From an uncultured Acidobacteriaceae bacterium (lineage in GTDB: Bacteria; Acidobacteriota; Terriglobia; Terriglobales; Acidobacteriaceae), in NCBI GenBank assembly GCA_963765995.1, contig CAVXYT010000023.1, positions 6,995 through 70,994 on the forward strand: a stretch of DNA of 64,000 nt. Reading direction: 5' to 3'. Under the pieces are notes generated by a model that saw nothing but the letters and a program-made list of their open reading frames with translations, did no database searches and had not been told where the DNA came from. Position numbers and translations under genes: made by a program. Of the stretch, positions 9,479 to 19,793 are shown in pieces (the stretch's first letter is position 1; every line of letters starts with the position of its first letter).

Positions 9479-10165
9479 TTACGGCTCGCAGCGCTCGGTC
9501 CAGCGCGACCAAATCAGGTAGCGCACGGTCAGCACGGTTTCCGCGTAGGTGGAGGCCCATGGATAAGCGGCCGGCTCCGGCGAGAGCGAAAGCGCGGCGT
9601 GAGTGCGCCACTGGAGCGGTAGTTCGTTGAAGATATAACCGGCGCGAGGCAGGTGGCTGGCGCTGGAAACCACCTCCGCTGACCGCCAGTTGTGCGCCTT
9701 CATGATCCGCGCCGCGTAGCAGGCATTCTGGATTGTGTTCCTGGCCTCCGGCTCGATGAAGATGGCAGATTCCGGAATACCCAGCGCGTGGGCAGTTCGC
9801 GCCATCACGCGCGCCTCGAGAAATCCGTTGTGCACCGCTCCTCCAGTCAGAATCAGCCTGGGCGCGACGCCCCGCTCATACTCATGCACCCCCTCGGTCA
9901 CGCGGGCCAACAGCTCCGGCGTAGGGTTGCCGTCGCTGTCGGCCGGATAGCCCAGCACGATAATCGCGTCAAAGCGGGTGAGCGAGGTGTTGGAGGCAGG
10001 CGCTAGCAACCGGACGGCCTCCCCGCAGCCGAGGAGGCCAAGAATCAACAAGATGGCGGCTAGAATCAGCCGGCCCTGCCAGCCCAGCCGTCCTGGCCGC
10101 GCCATGGAGCGACGATGGCTGGTCCGGCGGACGGGCGTCTTGCGGGATGGGCGCGTGCTGGACAA
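9479..10165 (-). CDS. YdcF/DUF218 family protein
   Basis: DAIIVLG...LILTGG...EARVMA...IFIEPEARNTIQNA...VSSASHLPRA. Confidence 0.9.
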   Translation of the reverse strand: MSSTRPSRKTPVRRTSHRRSMARPGRLGWQGRLILAAILLILGLLGCGEAVRLLAPASNTSLTRFDAIIVLGYPADSDGNPTPELLARVTEGVHEYERGVAPRLILTGGAVHNGFLEARVMARTAHALGIPESAIFIEPEARNTIQNACYAARIMKAHNWRSAEVVSSASHLPRAGYIFNELPLQWRTHAALSLSPEPAAYPWASTYAETVLTVRYLIWSRWTERCEP

Positions 10166-10324
10166 AGAAAATCCCCCGCTTCCACTCTAGTGCATTTTCA
10201 CTTCACATATCGCCCATGCAGGAGCATAGAAGGTGGCAGCCAAGTCTCTGTAAAGAGCAGAAGTGAAAATGCTGTAACGCGGAAGCCGGAGCCGTTACGC
10301 CGAAACACATTGCCGGCGGCAAAA

Positions 10325-10948
10325 TCAGCCCAGGTTGGCAGGTACGCCCCATGACGATAAAACGAACTCGGTCAACGGCTTGCGCGTGCGGGGTGTGGTT
10401 TCCAGAGCAATGAGTTCCTCGTGGGCCAATGCGGAGGGTTCGCCCTGGTAGCCGAGGGCGATGACGGCTCCGAGGGCGTAACTGTCTGGGATATCAAGGA
10501 CTTGGCGGGCGGCGTCCTGGTCGTAGCCGGCCATCTGGTGAGAGGTGAGGCCGAGCGCGGCAGCTTGCAGCGTGAGATAGGAGGCGGCTGCTCCCAAGTC
10601 ATAGAGAGCATGGCGGTTGTCTTTACCGTTGTGGGCAAACTTGGTGCTCGCCACGCCCAGGATCAAGACCGGCGCCGCAGCTGCCCAGCCCTGGTTGAAG
10701 CCGATGAGGGTTGAGAATATCTTTTTATAGGTCAATGAGTTACGGGTGCCGACGAGGAAGCGCCAGGGCTGCTCGTTGAAGGAAGAGGCGGTCCAGCGGG
10801 CGGCTTCAAAGACTTTGGCCAAGTCAGCCGGGCTTACGTCGCGGCTGGCAAAGGAGCGCGGGCTCCAGCGGCCGAGCACAGCCGGCAACACGCGCTCGAC
10901 CGTGGGCGCTTGCTTCAAGTTGTTGACTTCAATAGCAGATAGGGTCAT
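10325..10948 (-). CDS. Nitroreductase family protein
   Basis: RWSPRSF...EAARWTASSFNEQPWRF...YDLGAA...LTLQA..LGL.SHQMAG. Confidence 0.92.
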   Translation of the reverse strand: MTLSAIEVNNLKQAPTVERVLPAVLGRWSPRSFASRDVSPADLAKVFEAARWTASSFNEQPWRFLVGTRNSLTYKKIFSTLIGFNQGWAAAAPVLILGVASTKFAHNGKDNRHALYDLGAAASYLTLQAAALGLTSHQMAGYDQDAARQVLDIPDSYALGAVIALGYQGEPSALAHEELIALETTPRTRKPLTEFVLSSWGVPANLG

Positions 10949-11064
10949 GGCGAGAACTCCGTTTGGAAGGATGAATTGCGCTCTGTTTGATTCGAGGCGC
11001 GGGGCGAAGGATTCCTGTTCCCAAGGGAAACGTTGCTTGCACGGACAGTTATCGGGCTGACGAG

Positions 11065-11652
11065 TCAGCAAGTCAGCGAGTCGGCGAGGAGGCTGGATCT
11101 GAGGAGGGCGGAGACGAGAGCAATGGGAAGGCCGACTACGTTGAAGTAGTCGCCTTCGATGCGGGGAATCCAACGGGCGGCGCGGCCCTGGATGGCGTAG
11201 GCGCCGGCTTTGTCCATGGGTTCGCCGGTGGCGACGTAGGCGGCAATGTCTTGTTCGGTGAGGGGGAGGAAGGTGACGGCGGTGGTTTCGGCGGCAACCT
11301 GGGAGGAGGTTGCGGTGACCAGGGCGACGCCGGTGATGACGCTATGGGTGCGGCCGGAGAGGAGACGGAGCATACGGGCGGCGTCGGCGGGGTTTTCGGG
11401 TTTGCCGAGGATTTGGTTGTCGAGGGTGACGGTGGTGTCGGCGCCGAGAACTTGCAGCGCGGCGGAGCATTTGGATGAGAGTTCTGCGAAGACGGCTTCG
11501 GCTTTTTCGCGGGCGAGGCGGGTGACGTAGGCGATGGGATCTTCGTTGGGGAGGGGATCCTCGGGGATGTGGGCGGGATTGACCTCGAAGGTGTAACCGG
11601 CCTGGGCGAGGAGTTCGCGGCGGCGAGGCGAGGATGAGGCGAGGACGAGCAT
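11065..11652 (-). CDS. maf: Maf family nucleotide pyrophosphatase
   Basis: LVLASSSPRRRELL, LAREKA, GADTTV, GKP, LSGRTH.V.TGV, EPMDKAGAYAIQG, GDYFNVVGLP. Confidence 0.95.
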   Translation of the reverse strand: MLVLASSSPRRRELLAQAGYTFEVNPAHIPEDPLPNEDPIAYVTRLAREKAEAVFAELSSKCSAALQVLGADTTVTLDNQILGKPENPADAARMLRLLSGRTHSVITGVALVTATSSQVAAETTAVTFLPLTEQDIAAYVATGEPMDKAGAYAIQGRAARWIPRIEGDYFNVVGLPIALVSALLRSSLLADSLTC

Positions 11653-11746
11653 ATTGAGATTATTACAAAGACAGCAAGTTAGCGCCCGCTTCGTAGGGTT
11701 AGCGAGTTAGCAAGTCAGCGAGTCAGCAGTTTGGTGAGGTGGAAGG

Positions 11747-12790
11747 TCAGACGGTGAGGCCGGTTTGGAGGCCTTTGGGAGTGGCTAGGCCCCATGCCAT
11801 GGCGGGAGTGTTGTGGGCGAGTCCGAAGCGGCCGTCGGGGCCGAGGAGGATGATGCCGCCGTGGCCGCCGAGACGATTGTAGAGATACGAAATGGCTTCT
11901 CGGGCGGCGAGTTCGGGGGCGGTTCCGTTGGCGACGCGATCGGTGGCCCACTTGCCGAGGACCAGCTTCATGATGGGTTCGCCCCAGCCGGTGAGGGAGA
12001 CGGCGGCGGCGAGATTGTCGGCGTAGCAGCCGCAACCGATGAGAGAGGAGTCGCCGACGCGGCCGGGAGTTTTGTTGAGGGTGCCACCGGTGGAGGTGGC
12101 GGCGGCGAGGTTGCCGCGGGCATCGAGGGCGACGGCGCCGACGGTGTCATGACTACTGAAACGCGCGGGATCGTCAACGACAGCAGTCTCAGGGTCTTTG
12201 TCGTCATGGAGGACGGGCTGGAGGGGGGAATTCCACCCCACGGACGAAGACCTGTCCGTGGGGACCCCGGCTTCCTGGCCAGAGAAGGTGGCGTCGCGCA
12301 GGCCGGCGGCCTCGCGGTGCTTGGCATGAGTGAGGCGCTCACGCTCGCGGTCGAGGACCAGTTCGGCGTTGTCAATGAGGGCCATGCCGTGGGCCTGGGC
12401 AAATTGCTCGGCGCCAGCGCCGACGAAGTAGACGTGTTGGCTGTGTTCGAGGACCAGGCGGGCAGCCTGAATGGGGTTGTGGAGGCGCTCGACGCAGGCC
12501 ACGCCGCCAGCCTTCAAGCGGCCACCGTCCATGAGTAGGGCGTCTAGCTGGACGCGGCCGTCGGAGGTGAGAAAGCTGCCATGACCGGCATCGAAGGTGG
12601 GGTCGTCTTCGAGGACGGAGACGGCAGCTTCGACCGCATCGAGGGACGATCCTCCGCGAGAGAGGATGGCATAGCCGGTTTCCAGCGCGTTGCGGACACC
12701 GGCCTGGTGGGCGGCAGCGGCGTCAGCGGGGATGGCCCATGCGCCCCCGTGGACGAGCAGAGTAGGAGCGTGGTGGGCGGGAGAGGTCAC
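11747..12790 (-). CDS. iaaA: Isoaspartyl peptidase/L-asparaginase (Ntn hydrolase)
   Basis: LLVHGGA, LEDDPTFDAG.GS, autocleavage site HD|TVGAVALD, AATSTGG, GRVGDS, SLTGWGE; GTG start 6 nt after TACGAT. Confidence 0.93.
   Translation of the reverse strand: MTSPAHHAPTLLVHGGAWAIPADAAAAHQAGVRNALETGYAILSRGGSSLDAVEAAVSVLEDDPTFDAGHGSFLTSDGRVQLDALLMDGGRLKAGGVACVERLHNPIQAARLVLEHSQHVYFVGAGAEQFAQAHGMALIDNAELVLDRERERLTHAKHREAAGLRDATFSGQEAGVPTDRSSSVGWNSPLQPVLHDDKDPETAVVDDPARFSSHDTVGAVALDARGNLAAATSTGGTLNKTPGRVGDSSLIGCGCYADNLAAAVSLTGWGEPIMKLVLGKWATDRVANGTAPELAAREAISYLYNRLGGHGGIILLGPDGRFGLAHNTPAMAWGLATPKGLQTGLTV
12234..12268 (+). repeat. 35-bp palindromic repeat family A, inside iaaA
   Basis: CACCCCACGGACGAAGACCTGTCCGTGGGGACCCC, antisense to iaaA, in the linker before the cleavage site. 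Confidence 0.88.
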
Positions 12791-13395
12791 CGGAATATCG
12801 TAGAACATTTGGCGCAGGGGTGTGAAAACGCTCCATATTGGGAGTTGATTTGCTTCCGCTCGGACACCTTGTCAACAAAGAGAGGGTGGAGATTTTCGAT
12901 TAAGTTGTTGAATCAACTAGAGAACCGAGTGGTTATTTATGTTGCAGGAAATTTCCTGGAGATTCGTTAAGCTAAGAACAATCAACGAGGAAAAACGAGA
13001 AATGAGAGGACAGGGGAGCGAGGACGAGGCTTTCCTGGTATTTTTCGGACCACTTCCGCGGTACGCGAGCGTGGGGAGAGACTGAAAACACTTTCAGAGG
13101 CCGGATGGACGTTTTGTCTTATTGAAAAGCTGCGGATGGAAGTGTCGGAAGCAGCCAAAGGCAGACGGGCATCTGACAGGATCTGGAAGAGATCAAAACA
13201 TTTTCCGAGTTGACGCGGAGCTGCGAGAGCGTTGCAAGGCGGTTTGGAGTGAAGGAAGAAGCCGCTGAGTCTTCGCGGCGCCAGACGAGACCAATTCGGC
13301 GAATGCAGGGGTGGTTCCTACAAGGAATCACCCCTTTCTCTTTCTACGGAGAAGAGTGCAAGACCGTGTAATGGCGGGACGGGATTGGCGGAAAC

Positions 13396-13749
13396 ATGGT
13401 GTTGGCAAGGACGAGGCAGGCGGCCGGAGGCAGGCCGCATGGAACAGGGATGCAGGCGAAAACAGTCAGCCGCGGAAAAGCAAAGATGGCGGCGGAGGCG
13501 GACAAGGCCCTGGAAGACAACAGCAGCGAGATAACGAAAGGCTTGACCGAGAACGCGAAAAAGGGCAACGCAACGTGCACAAGGCTGCTACTTGCGCTCG
13601 CGGACGGGCTCATCAACTGCGAGAACGAAGTCGTAATGGAGCAGCTTTGCAGTTATGCCGAGAAGCTGGCTTTGGAGCCGGAATGGACTGGCGAAGAAGA
13701 CGATCTGGATGCGGAGACGAGCATCAGAGAACGCGAAGCGAAGGGTTGA
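13396..13749 (+). CDS. Small helical hypothetical protein at the head of the phage-like cluster (small terminase or regulator candidate)
   Basis: 117-aa charged helical ORF, co-oriented with and just upstream of the cluster; function is inferred from position only. Confidence 0.55.
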   Translation: MVLARTRQAAGGRPHGTGMQAKTVSRGKAKMAAEADKALEDNSSEITKGLTENAKKGNATCTRLLLALADGLINCENEVVMEQLCSYAEKLALEPEWTGEEDDLDAETSIREREAKG

Positions 13750-13822
13750 CGATTTGGCCCGCGTGAACAGTAACAGAGATGAACAAAGGCAGGTTCTTCC
13801 CCGGAAGAAAGAAGAGAGGCAG

Positions 13823-16800
13823 ATGAAGCTCACAAATCACAAGTGGTTGCGCGTCAACGGCTGGATTGGACTGTTGTTGATTGAGTTATGCCTGATGTTC
13901 CTGGGGTTAGCAAGCAAGGCCCCGGCGCAGGCGATCAGCACAACGACAGTTCAGGGAACGGTGTATCTGGCGAACGGTCAGCCTGCCACAGGAACACTCG
14001 TGGTGAGCTGGCCATCGTTTACCACGGCGAGCGGTCAGTTGGTGACGGCCGACAGCACGACGGTGACGATTGCGCCGGATGGATTTGTGAGCGTGAATCT
14101 GGCGCCTAATCTGGGGGCGACTCCGGCGGGGTTGTATTACACGGCGGTCTATTACATGAGCGATGGCTCGACTAACACCCAATACTGGGTGGTGCCGACG
14201 GGGACGCAAGCGACGCTGGGGCAGGTGCAGGCGCAGTTGATGCCGGCGACGCGGGCCGTGCAGGCAGTGAGCAAGGCCTATGTGGATCAGGCGATCGCGG
14301 AGCTAACGGGAAGCCTGCTGACGGGATCGGGAGGGACGCTGAGCGGGCCACTTACATTGTGCTGCGATCCGACGCTGCCGTTGCAAGCGGCGGACAAGCA
14401 CTATGTGGACGCAGCATCTGCCTTAGCCGTGCCATTGACAGGCGCGACAATGACCGGGCCGCTGACGAGCGTGAAATTAGGGGCTTTATACCAAGTGGAC
14501 CAGTTTTCCGGATCGGATTTCGGAGCCAAGCTGAGTGCGTGCCTGAGCGGGCTGAGCTCGACGAATGGCGGTACGTGCGATGCGCGCAATTTCACGGGCA
14601 CTCTGTCGATGGGATCGAACCTGACGATTTCGACGGCGAATGCGACGGTTCTGCTGCCTTGCGCGACGATTTCGACTGCCAATCAGTTGATGGTGGCGGC
14701 GGGCACGAGGAATGTGTCGCTGCGCGGGTGCGCATTGCGCGGGGCGAGCACGGCGAGCGGGAGCCAGGGCGGCACGGTGTTTCTGTATTCGGGAACGGGC
14801 GCGATGGTGCAGGTGGGAGACCCGACCTATGCGGCGGACACGATGGGTTTTCATCTGGACAATGTGGTGATTAACACTACGGCTTCGTCCAGCGGAGCGG
14901 CGCAAGGACTGGCGGCCTATCGCACGCAGGAGATGGACCTGGAAAGCTTGTATTTTCTTGGTAACTCGAATCAGACAGGAATGACACTGGACGGGACTGG
15001 GAATTATACCGGGGGAACGTTTCTCGACAACGAATTCAATGGCTACCAGACGGCGGTGAACGCCATCGGGCACCAGATATCGAATCCTGCCACGACAGAT
15101 TGGGTAAATGCGAGCACGTTTGTGCGGTTGCACATCGACTGCCCGACGAGCGGGGGAAGCCCGATCAGCGGGAGTTATGGGATCAACCTGCAACAGGGCG
15201 ATGGAAACACGTTCACGGGCGGAGACGTAGAGGGATGTTCGACGGCATTGCACCTGGGAGCGAACGCGCAAAACAACATGATCGTTGGACTGCGGAACGA
15301 AAACTCGACGAACCAGGTTGTGGCGGATGCGGGCAGTTCGTATAACAACTGGATGACCGGGGGAACGATGTTTACCGGTCAGTTGACCGACAACGGCACG
15401 CGCAACAGCTTCCTTGATGCATTTCACCGGAGTTTCAATGGCCTGAACGGCGATTGGTACGGAAGTCAGAAAGACGCGACGGTCACCAACCACTATCGCC
15501 TGGGGACAGGCGCAGGAAACGAGCGCGGCCTGCTGGACCGCTATCAAAGCGACTACGGCTACCGCTGGACGCTAGGCTTGAGCGACGCGACGGCCGGCGA
15601 GCAGTTTTACCAGATACTGGACGAACTGAACAATGTGTACCGGCTGTCGGTGGGCCAGAATAACAACGGGCAGTCGAGCACGAATAACCAGACGGTGATC
15701 AATGCGGCAGGAACCGGCGCTGTGGTGTTGAACGGATCGAACAACGCGGGGACCGGCGGAGTGGTGATCGGGTCGGGCGGCGCGAGCGAGACGACCGTGG
15801 CGACGATCGGCAACACCGGAAATGCGCAGTTCAACGGGACGCTGCAGGTGGGGGGCGCGTCAACTCTAGCGGGGACCGCAACAGTTAAGAACCAGGCCGA
15901 CGCGGAGATCGATGCGACGCTGTGGGCGGGACTGACGACGAGCCAGAAAGAGTCGTTCATTTACAAGGACTGGAACGGCAACAGCCAGTGGTACATGGTG
16001 AAGGACGGGAGCAATAACTGGGCGCTGAATTCGGCCACAGGCGGATTGGACAGTTTCAAGGCTTACCAGAGCGCCAACAGCGGCGACACGTACATCAACA
16101 CCTCGAACGCTTCCGGGGTCGTGCGCATCAACTACGAGACTGGATCAGGAACTCAGCTAAAAGTATATGGGGGGAACAGCAGCACTCTTTATGCCTCCTT
16201 CACGGGCGCGGCATTGATTCAATTTCCAGGGCTTGCGGCGAGCAGCGGCCACAACTGCCTACAGATCGATAACTCGGGCTATGTCACGAATACGGGGACG
16301 GCCTGCGGCAGCGGAAGCACCAGCGGGACGGTCAACACGGGGACCAGCGGGCAGATTGCCTATTACAGCGGAGCAGGCACAACCCTATCCGGCACAAACA
16401 CGGTTTCCGTAACGGCCGGAGGGACCGGGGCTTCCACGGCTTCAAGCGCGCTGGCGAACCTGGGCGGAGCATCGCTCGCAGGGGCGTCTTTTACGGGACC
16501 GGTGAGTGTTTCGACAACACTGTCTGTAGCAAACAACGCGAGCATCGGGCCGCGGTACGATGTGACGAACTCCGCGTTTGGCGCAGTAGGCAACGGCTCG
16601 ACAGATGACACGGCGGCGATTCAGGCAGCTTTTGACGCTTGTTATCACGGCGGTGTTGCTCCCTACGGCGGCGTGGTTGAGTTTCCCGGTCCTCACAGCT
16701 TTGTGGTCTCCTCCACGATTAACGCGCACGATTCCTGCCAGGTGGAGGGGGTTGTGGGAAGCTCGACCGTGGCCAACGCGCCGGTTCGGGTTCTATGGAA

Positions 16801-19720
16801 GGGCGCGGCAGCGGGAACAGTTTCGACGATTACCGGATACAGCGTAGCAGCGGGCGGCATTGCAACCTTCACAGCCGCAAACAGCCTGACCGCCGGGCAG
16901 TACGTCGATATTGAGGGATTGACTACTACGACAGGCACGACAATGAACCGGCTCATCGCGCCGGTTCTGGCTGCCGGACTATCCACGACGCAGTTTGAAA
17001 TACAGGCGAACGCATCGGCGACGACAACGACATCGGATTCCGGCACTGCAACGACCGTCAACGTGCTTCTTGTCTTTGATTCCAGTGCCAGATACGAACA
17101 GTCCCTCAAGAATATGGAGTTTGCCCTGGCATCCGGCGCGACTACGGGGTCGCTGCAAGTAGACGTGTACTACGGTAGCCGCGTTGATACCGGAACCCAC
17201 GTTGAGAATACCTGGGCGGAGCAAGCCACGATGTATGGTTACTACTTTTCCGGCGGGGGCATCAACGTAGACTTCGACAAAGGCTGGCGGTGCGACTCTG
17301 CCGGGATATCCTGCATCTATTGGCGGCTGTCAGGAGGGGATTCCTTTGGAATAGCCAACGGAACGGCAGACAACAGTCAAGGCGGCACGATGACGCCGAG
17401 CGGCGGCCTGTTAATGGTGGATGGCGCTCCCTGCGTCAACACCTCGTTCCTAAATTTCGAGTCACGGAATGTGCTGTTTGAAGTGAACTCTACGATTACC
17501 TCTGGCCTGGGCATTTTTACGCTGTATGATTGCCCATCAGCCGCACAGAATTTTAACCTGAACCTGGAAAGCACGAGAGAAAGCATAGCTGCGGCATCCA
17601 CCTCCGGTTTCAATTTCCCGGCTATCGTCATGTCTCCGCCGAGTGATTCAAAGCTCACCTTGAACATGGCCGATGGTGGATTCTACAATGGCACCGCGCC
17701 CAACACAACCACAAGGTTTGTTGGGATTCCGGCATTGATGAGAGACGATATAGGAGACGGCCCATTCCTGAGTTATGCTCCTTCGTTCAATAGCCTTGCG
17801 GCTGCTAATAATGCTCCGGAACCGATCTCTCTGATAGGCGATGTTGAGTTCAGCCAACTCTGGCAGCACGGGGTTGAGGCATCGGCATTTCTATTCTCAG
17901 ATACAGCGTACGCCGCGCTTCCCAACGGGACAACGCTGTACTCCGGCCAGGTGCTCGCGCCCCCAGCCTACTGGAACGGGGCCAACGGGAAGCGGTATGC
18001 TCTCGACGTTGTATACCAAACCGGCACGACCGGTTCCCCAAACGCCGGAGCTACCACCTGCACGGATACCGGCTATACAGGAACCATGACCTGCTCCAGC
18101 GCCACGGACTTGTCAGCCGGAAGCGTACTCACGCTAGGGAGCGAAAGCCAAATTACAGTTGCATGGGTGGACAACACGAATCCTTCGGCTGTTATCGTGC
18201 ATAACACAACTTCTTTGCCGCACACAACCAATTCGTCTGCTACTGCGTTGTCCTTCACCGCGCCGGTGCTGGGACCAGAGATTCAAATGCCGACGAAATC
18301 CGCAGCCGCGCCTTCTGCTTTGGCATGGTCGCAGGGAGACTTCGAGCAGAACTCCAGCGCGGTGGCGAATGGTATCTGCGGATGGGTCAATGTGTCAGCC
18401 GGTACGCCGGGAACCTGGACGGCCATTCCGTGCGCCAATAGCAGCGGGCAGATTACAGCGTCTCAGATCGCGCCCGCGTCTCTTCAGGGAACCGATTCAA
18501 AGATTCTTACAGCCGGGACAGTATCGGGCACGGGAGCAGCTCTCTGCACAGACAGCAATGGAGGCGCAACTACTTCCGGCTGCTCCGGGGGCTCCGGGGC
18601 ACCTGCCAATACACCGTCCTGGCTTCAGTATCTTGGCAGCGGAGCGGATGGCTCGTATGAATACAGTTCTACCGGAAGCTGCTCGACGAGTCCGACACAT
18701 TGCGTGACAAGCTGCACTTCGTCAGCGCCGTGTTCGATGGCCGGCGGCGAAATGATCACTACTAATTTTCAAGTGGATTCCGGGGCGTACATCTATGACA
18801 ACATTGCCAGCACGGCAGGGCTAACCATTCATTCACAGGGAGCTTGCAACATCTACGGAACGATTCTGGTCAACGGAGCGAAGAGCACCTGGCCTGCCGG
18901 AAATAAAGGCGTCGGGGGCGGTCCTTCCGGCGGCTCAGGTGGAGGCACCGCGGCGGGTACGGCAGGAACCGCGACTTATCCTACGATTGCCAACACAGGT
19001 TTAGGGAACACATCTGGCGGCACAGCCGGGGCTGCAAGTGGCGGCAACGGTGGAAACGGGACCGCGCCGAGCGCAAATTTTCAAAGATCGGTCACGAACG
19101 CCGGAATTGGCGGAATGGATGGGATGTATCTCACTGGAGCAGCCGGGGTGCAGGGCGGAAGCACTGGCGGCGCGGGCGGTGAAGGTGGTCAAGGACTGGT
19201 TATGATGTGTGCCACGATGAACGGCACAGGCGGCGTCATCGACGCAAGCGGCGCTTATGGGATGCCCCCAGCCGCAAACTCGACTGGGGCAGGAAGCGGC
19301 GGCGGCGGCGGAGTTGTGCTTCTATCCTCGCAAGCTGCTGTTACAAACTGGCCCACAGTTTATGTTGCGGGCGGACCTGGGGGATTGGTCACCGTGCCGG
19401 AAGCCCTGGCAACAGGCGGCGCCTGCACCTCTCAGCCGAAGGCCACTCTCGGCGTTACCAGCGGGGCGTTCAGCGGAACCTGCACGGTGGCGCAAGCGGG
19501 GGCCGGTTGCGGCACGGGCGCAGGCATTACATGGAATATTGCCGGTGGCGGCGGAACGGCGGGAACGGCTGTCATCAACCCAACTTGGAGCAGCGGCACA
19601 CTGGCAAGCTGCACGGTAACGCCGGGTACAAGCACAGGCTATACGGCAGCGACTTACACGACTGCGGGAAAGGGCGGCGACGGCGCGACAGGCTGGTACG
19701 CGGAGTTTGCGGGGTGGTAG
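13823..19720 (+). CDS. Giant tail fibre/tailspike-like protein with two predicted beta-helix regions, Gly-rich C-terminus and N-terminal signal-like peptide
   Basis: About 1965 aa from ATG 13823; fibre-type SKAYVD and AADKHYVD motifs; pectate_lyase_3-type FGAVGNGSTDDTAAIQAAFD; Asn/Gly/Thr-rich repeats; GG-rich tail. Confidence 0.7.
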   Translation: MKLTNHKWLRVNGWIGLLLIELCLMFLGLASKAPAQAISTTTVQGTVYLANGQPATGTLVVSWPSFTTASGQLVTADSTTVTIAPDGFVSVNLAPNLGATPAGLYYTAVYYMSDGSTNTQYWVVPTGTQATLGQVQAQLMPATRAVQAVSKAYVDQAIAELTGSLLTGSGGTLSGPLTLCCDPTLPLQAADKHYVDAASALAVPLTGATMTGPLTSVKLGALYQVDQFSGSDFGAKLSACLSGLSSTNGGTCDARNFTGTLSMGSNLTISTANATVLLPCATISTANQLMVAAGTRNVSLRGCALRGASTASGSQGGTVFLYSGTGAMVQVGDPTYAADTMGFHLDNVVINTTASSSGAAQGLAAYRTQEMDLESLYFLGNSNQTGMTLDGTGNYTGGTFLDNEFNGYQTAVNAIGHQISNPATTDWVNASTFVRLHIDCPTSGGSPISGSYGINLQQGDGNTFTGGDVEGCSTALHLGANAQNNMIVGLRNENSTNQVVADAGSSYNNWMTGGTMFTGQLTDNGTRNSFLDAFHRSFNGLNGDWYGSQKDATVTNHYRLGTGAGNERGLLDRYQSDYGYRWTLGLSDATAGEQFYQILDELNNVYRLSVGQNNNGQSSTNNQTVINAAGTGAVVLNGSNNAGTGGVVIGSGGASETTVATIGNTGNAQFNGTLQVGGASTLAGTATVKNQADAEIDATLWAGLTTSQKESFIYKDWNGNSQWYMVKDGSNNWALNSATGGLDSFKAYQSANSGDTYINTSNASGVVRINYETGSGTQLKVYGGNSSTLYASFTGAALIQFPGLAASSGHNCLQIDNSGYVTNTGTACGSGSTSGTVNTGTSGQIAYYSGAGTTLSGTNTVSVTAGGTGASTASSALANLGGASLAGASFTGPVSVSTTLSVANNASIGPRYDVTNSAFGAVGNGSTDDTAAIQAAFDACYHGGVAPYGGVVEFPGPHSFVVSSTINAHDSCQVEGVVGSSTVANAPVRVLWKGAAAGTVSTITGYSVAAGGIATFTAANSLTAGQYVDIEGLTTTTGTTMNRLIAPVLAAGLSTTQFEIQANASATTTTSDSGTATTVNVLLVFDSSARYEQSLKNMEFALASGATTGSLQVDVYYGSRVDTGTHVENTWAEQATMYGYYFSGGGINVDFDKGWRCDSAGISCIYWRLSGGDSFGIANGTADNSQGGTMTPSGGLLMVDGAPCVNTSFLNFESRNVLFEVNSTITSGLGIFTLYDCPSAAQNFNLNLESTRESIAAASTSGFNFPAIVMSPPSDSKLTLNMADGGFYNGTAPNTTTRFVGIPALMRDDIGDGPFLSYAPSFNSLAAANNAPEPISLIGDVEFSQLWQHGVEASAFLFSDTAYAALPNGTTLYSGQVLAPPAYWNGANGKRYALDVVYQTGTTGSPNAGATTCTDTGYTGTMTCSSATDLSAGSVLTLGSESQITVAWVDNTNPSAVIVHNTTSLPHTTNSSATALSFTAPVLGPEIQMPTKSAAAPSALAWSQGDFEQNSSAVANGICGWVNVSAGTPGTWTAIPCANSSGQITASQIAPASLQGTDSKILTAGTVSGTGAALCTDSNGGATTSGCSGGSGAPANTPSWLQYLGSGADGSYEYSSTGSCSTSPTHCVTSCTSSAPCSMAGGEMITTNFQVDSGAYIYDNIASTAGLTIHSQGACNIYGTILVNGAKSTWPAGNKGVGGGPSGGSGGGTAAGTAGTATYPTIANTGLGNTSGGTAGAASGGNGGNGTAPSANFQRSVTNAGIGGMDGMYLTGAAGVQGGSTGGAGGEGGQGLVMMCATMNGTGGVIDASGAYGMPPAANSTGAGSGGGGGVVLLSSQAAVTNWPTVYVAGGPGGLVTVPEALATGGACTSQPKATLGVTSGAFSGTCTVAQAGAGCGTGAGITWNIAGGGGTAGTAVINPTWSSGTLASCTVTPGTSTGYTAATYTTAGKGGDGATGWYAEFAGW

Positions 19721-19793
19721 GCAGGATCGGCCTGGGTTCCAGTAAATAGGCAAGCCCTTCAGAGAGCCGGAGCACAATGCAAGGAGCACACGG

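Noticed and set aside
12810-13820. LexA box (GTTC-N7-GTTC type) upstream of the cluster or recA
   Set aside because: No match with correct spacing found by eye here or at 37297-37500
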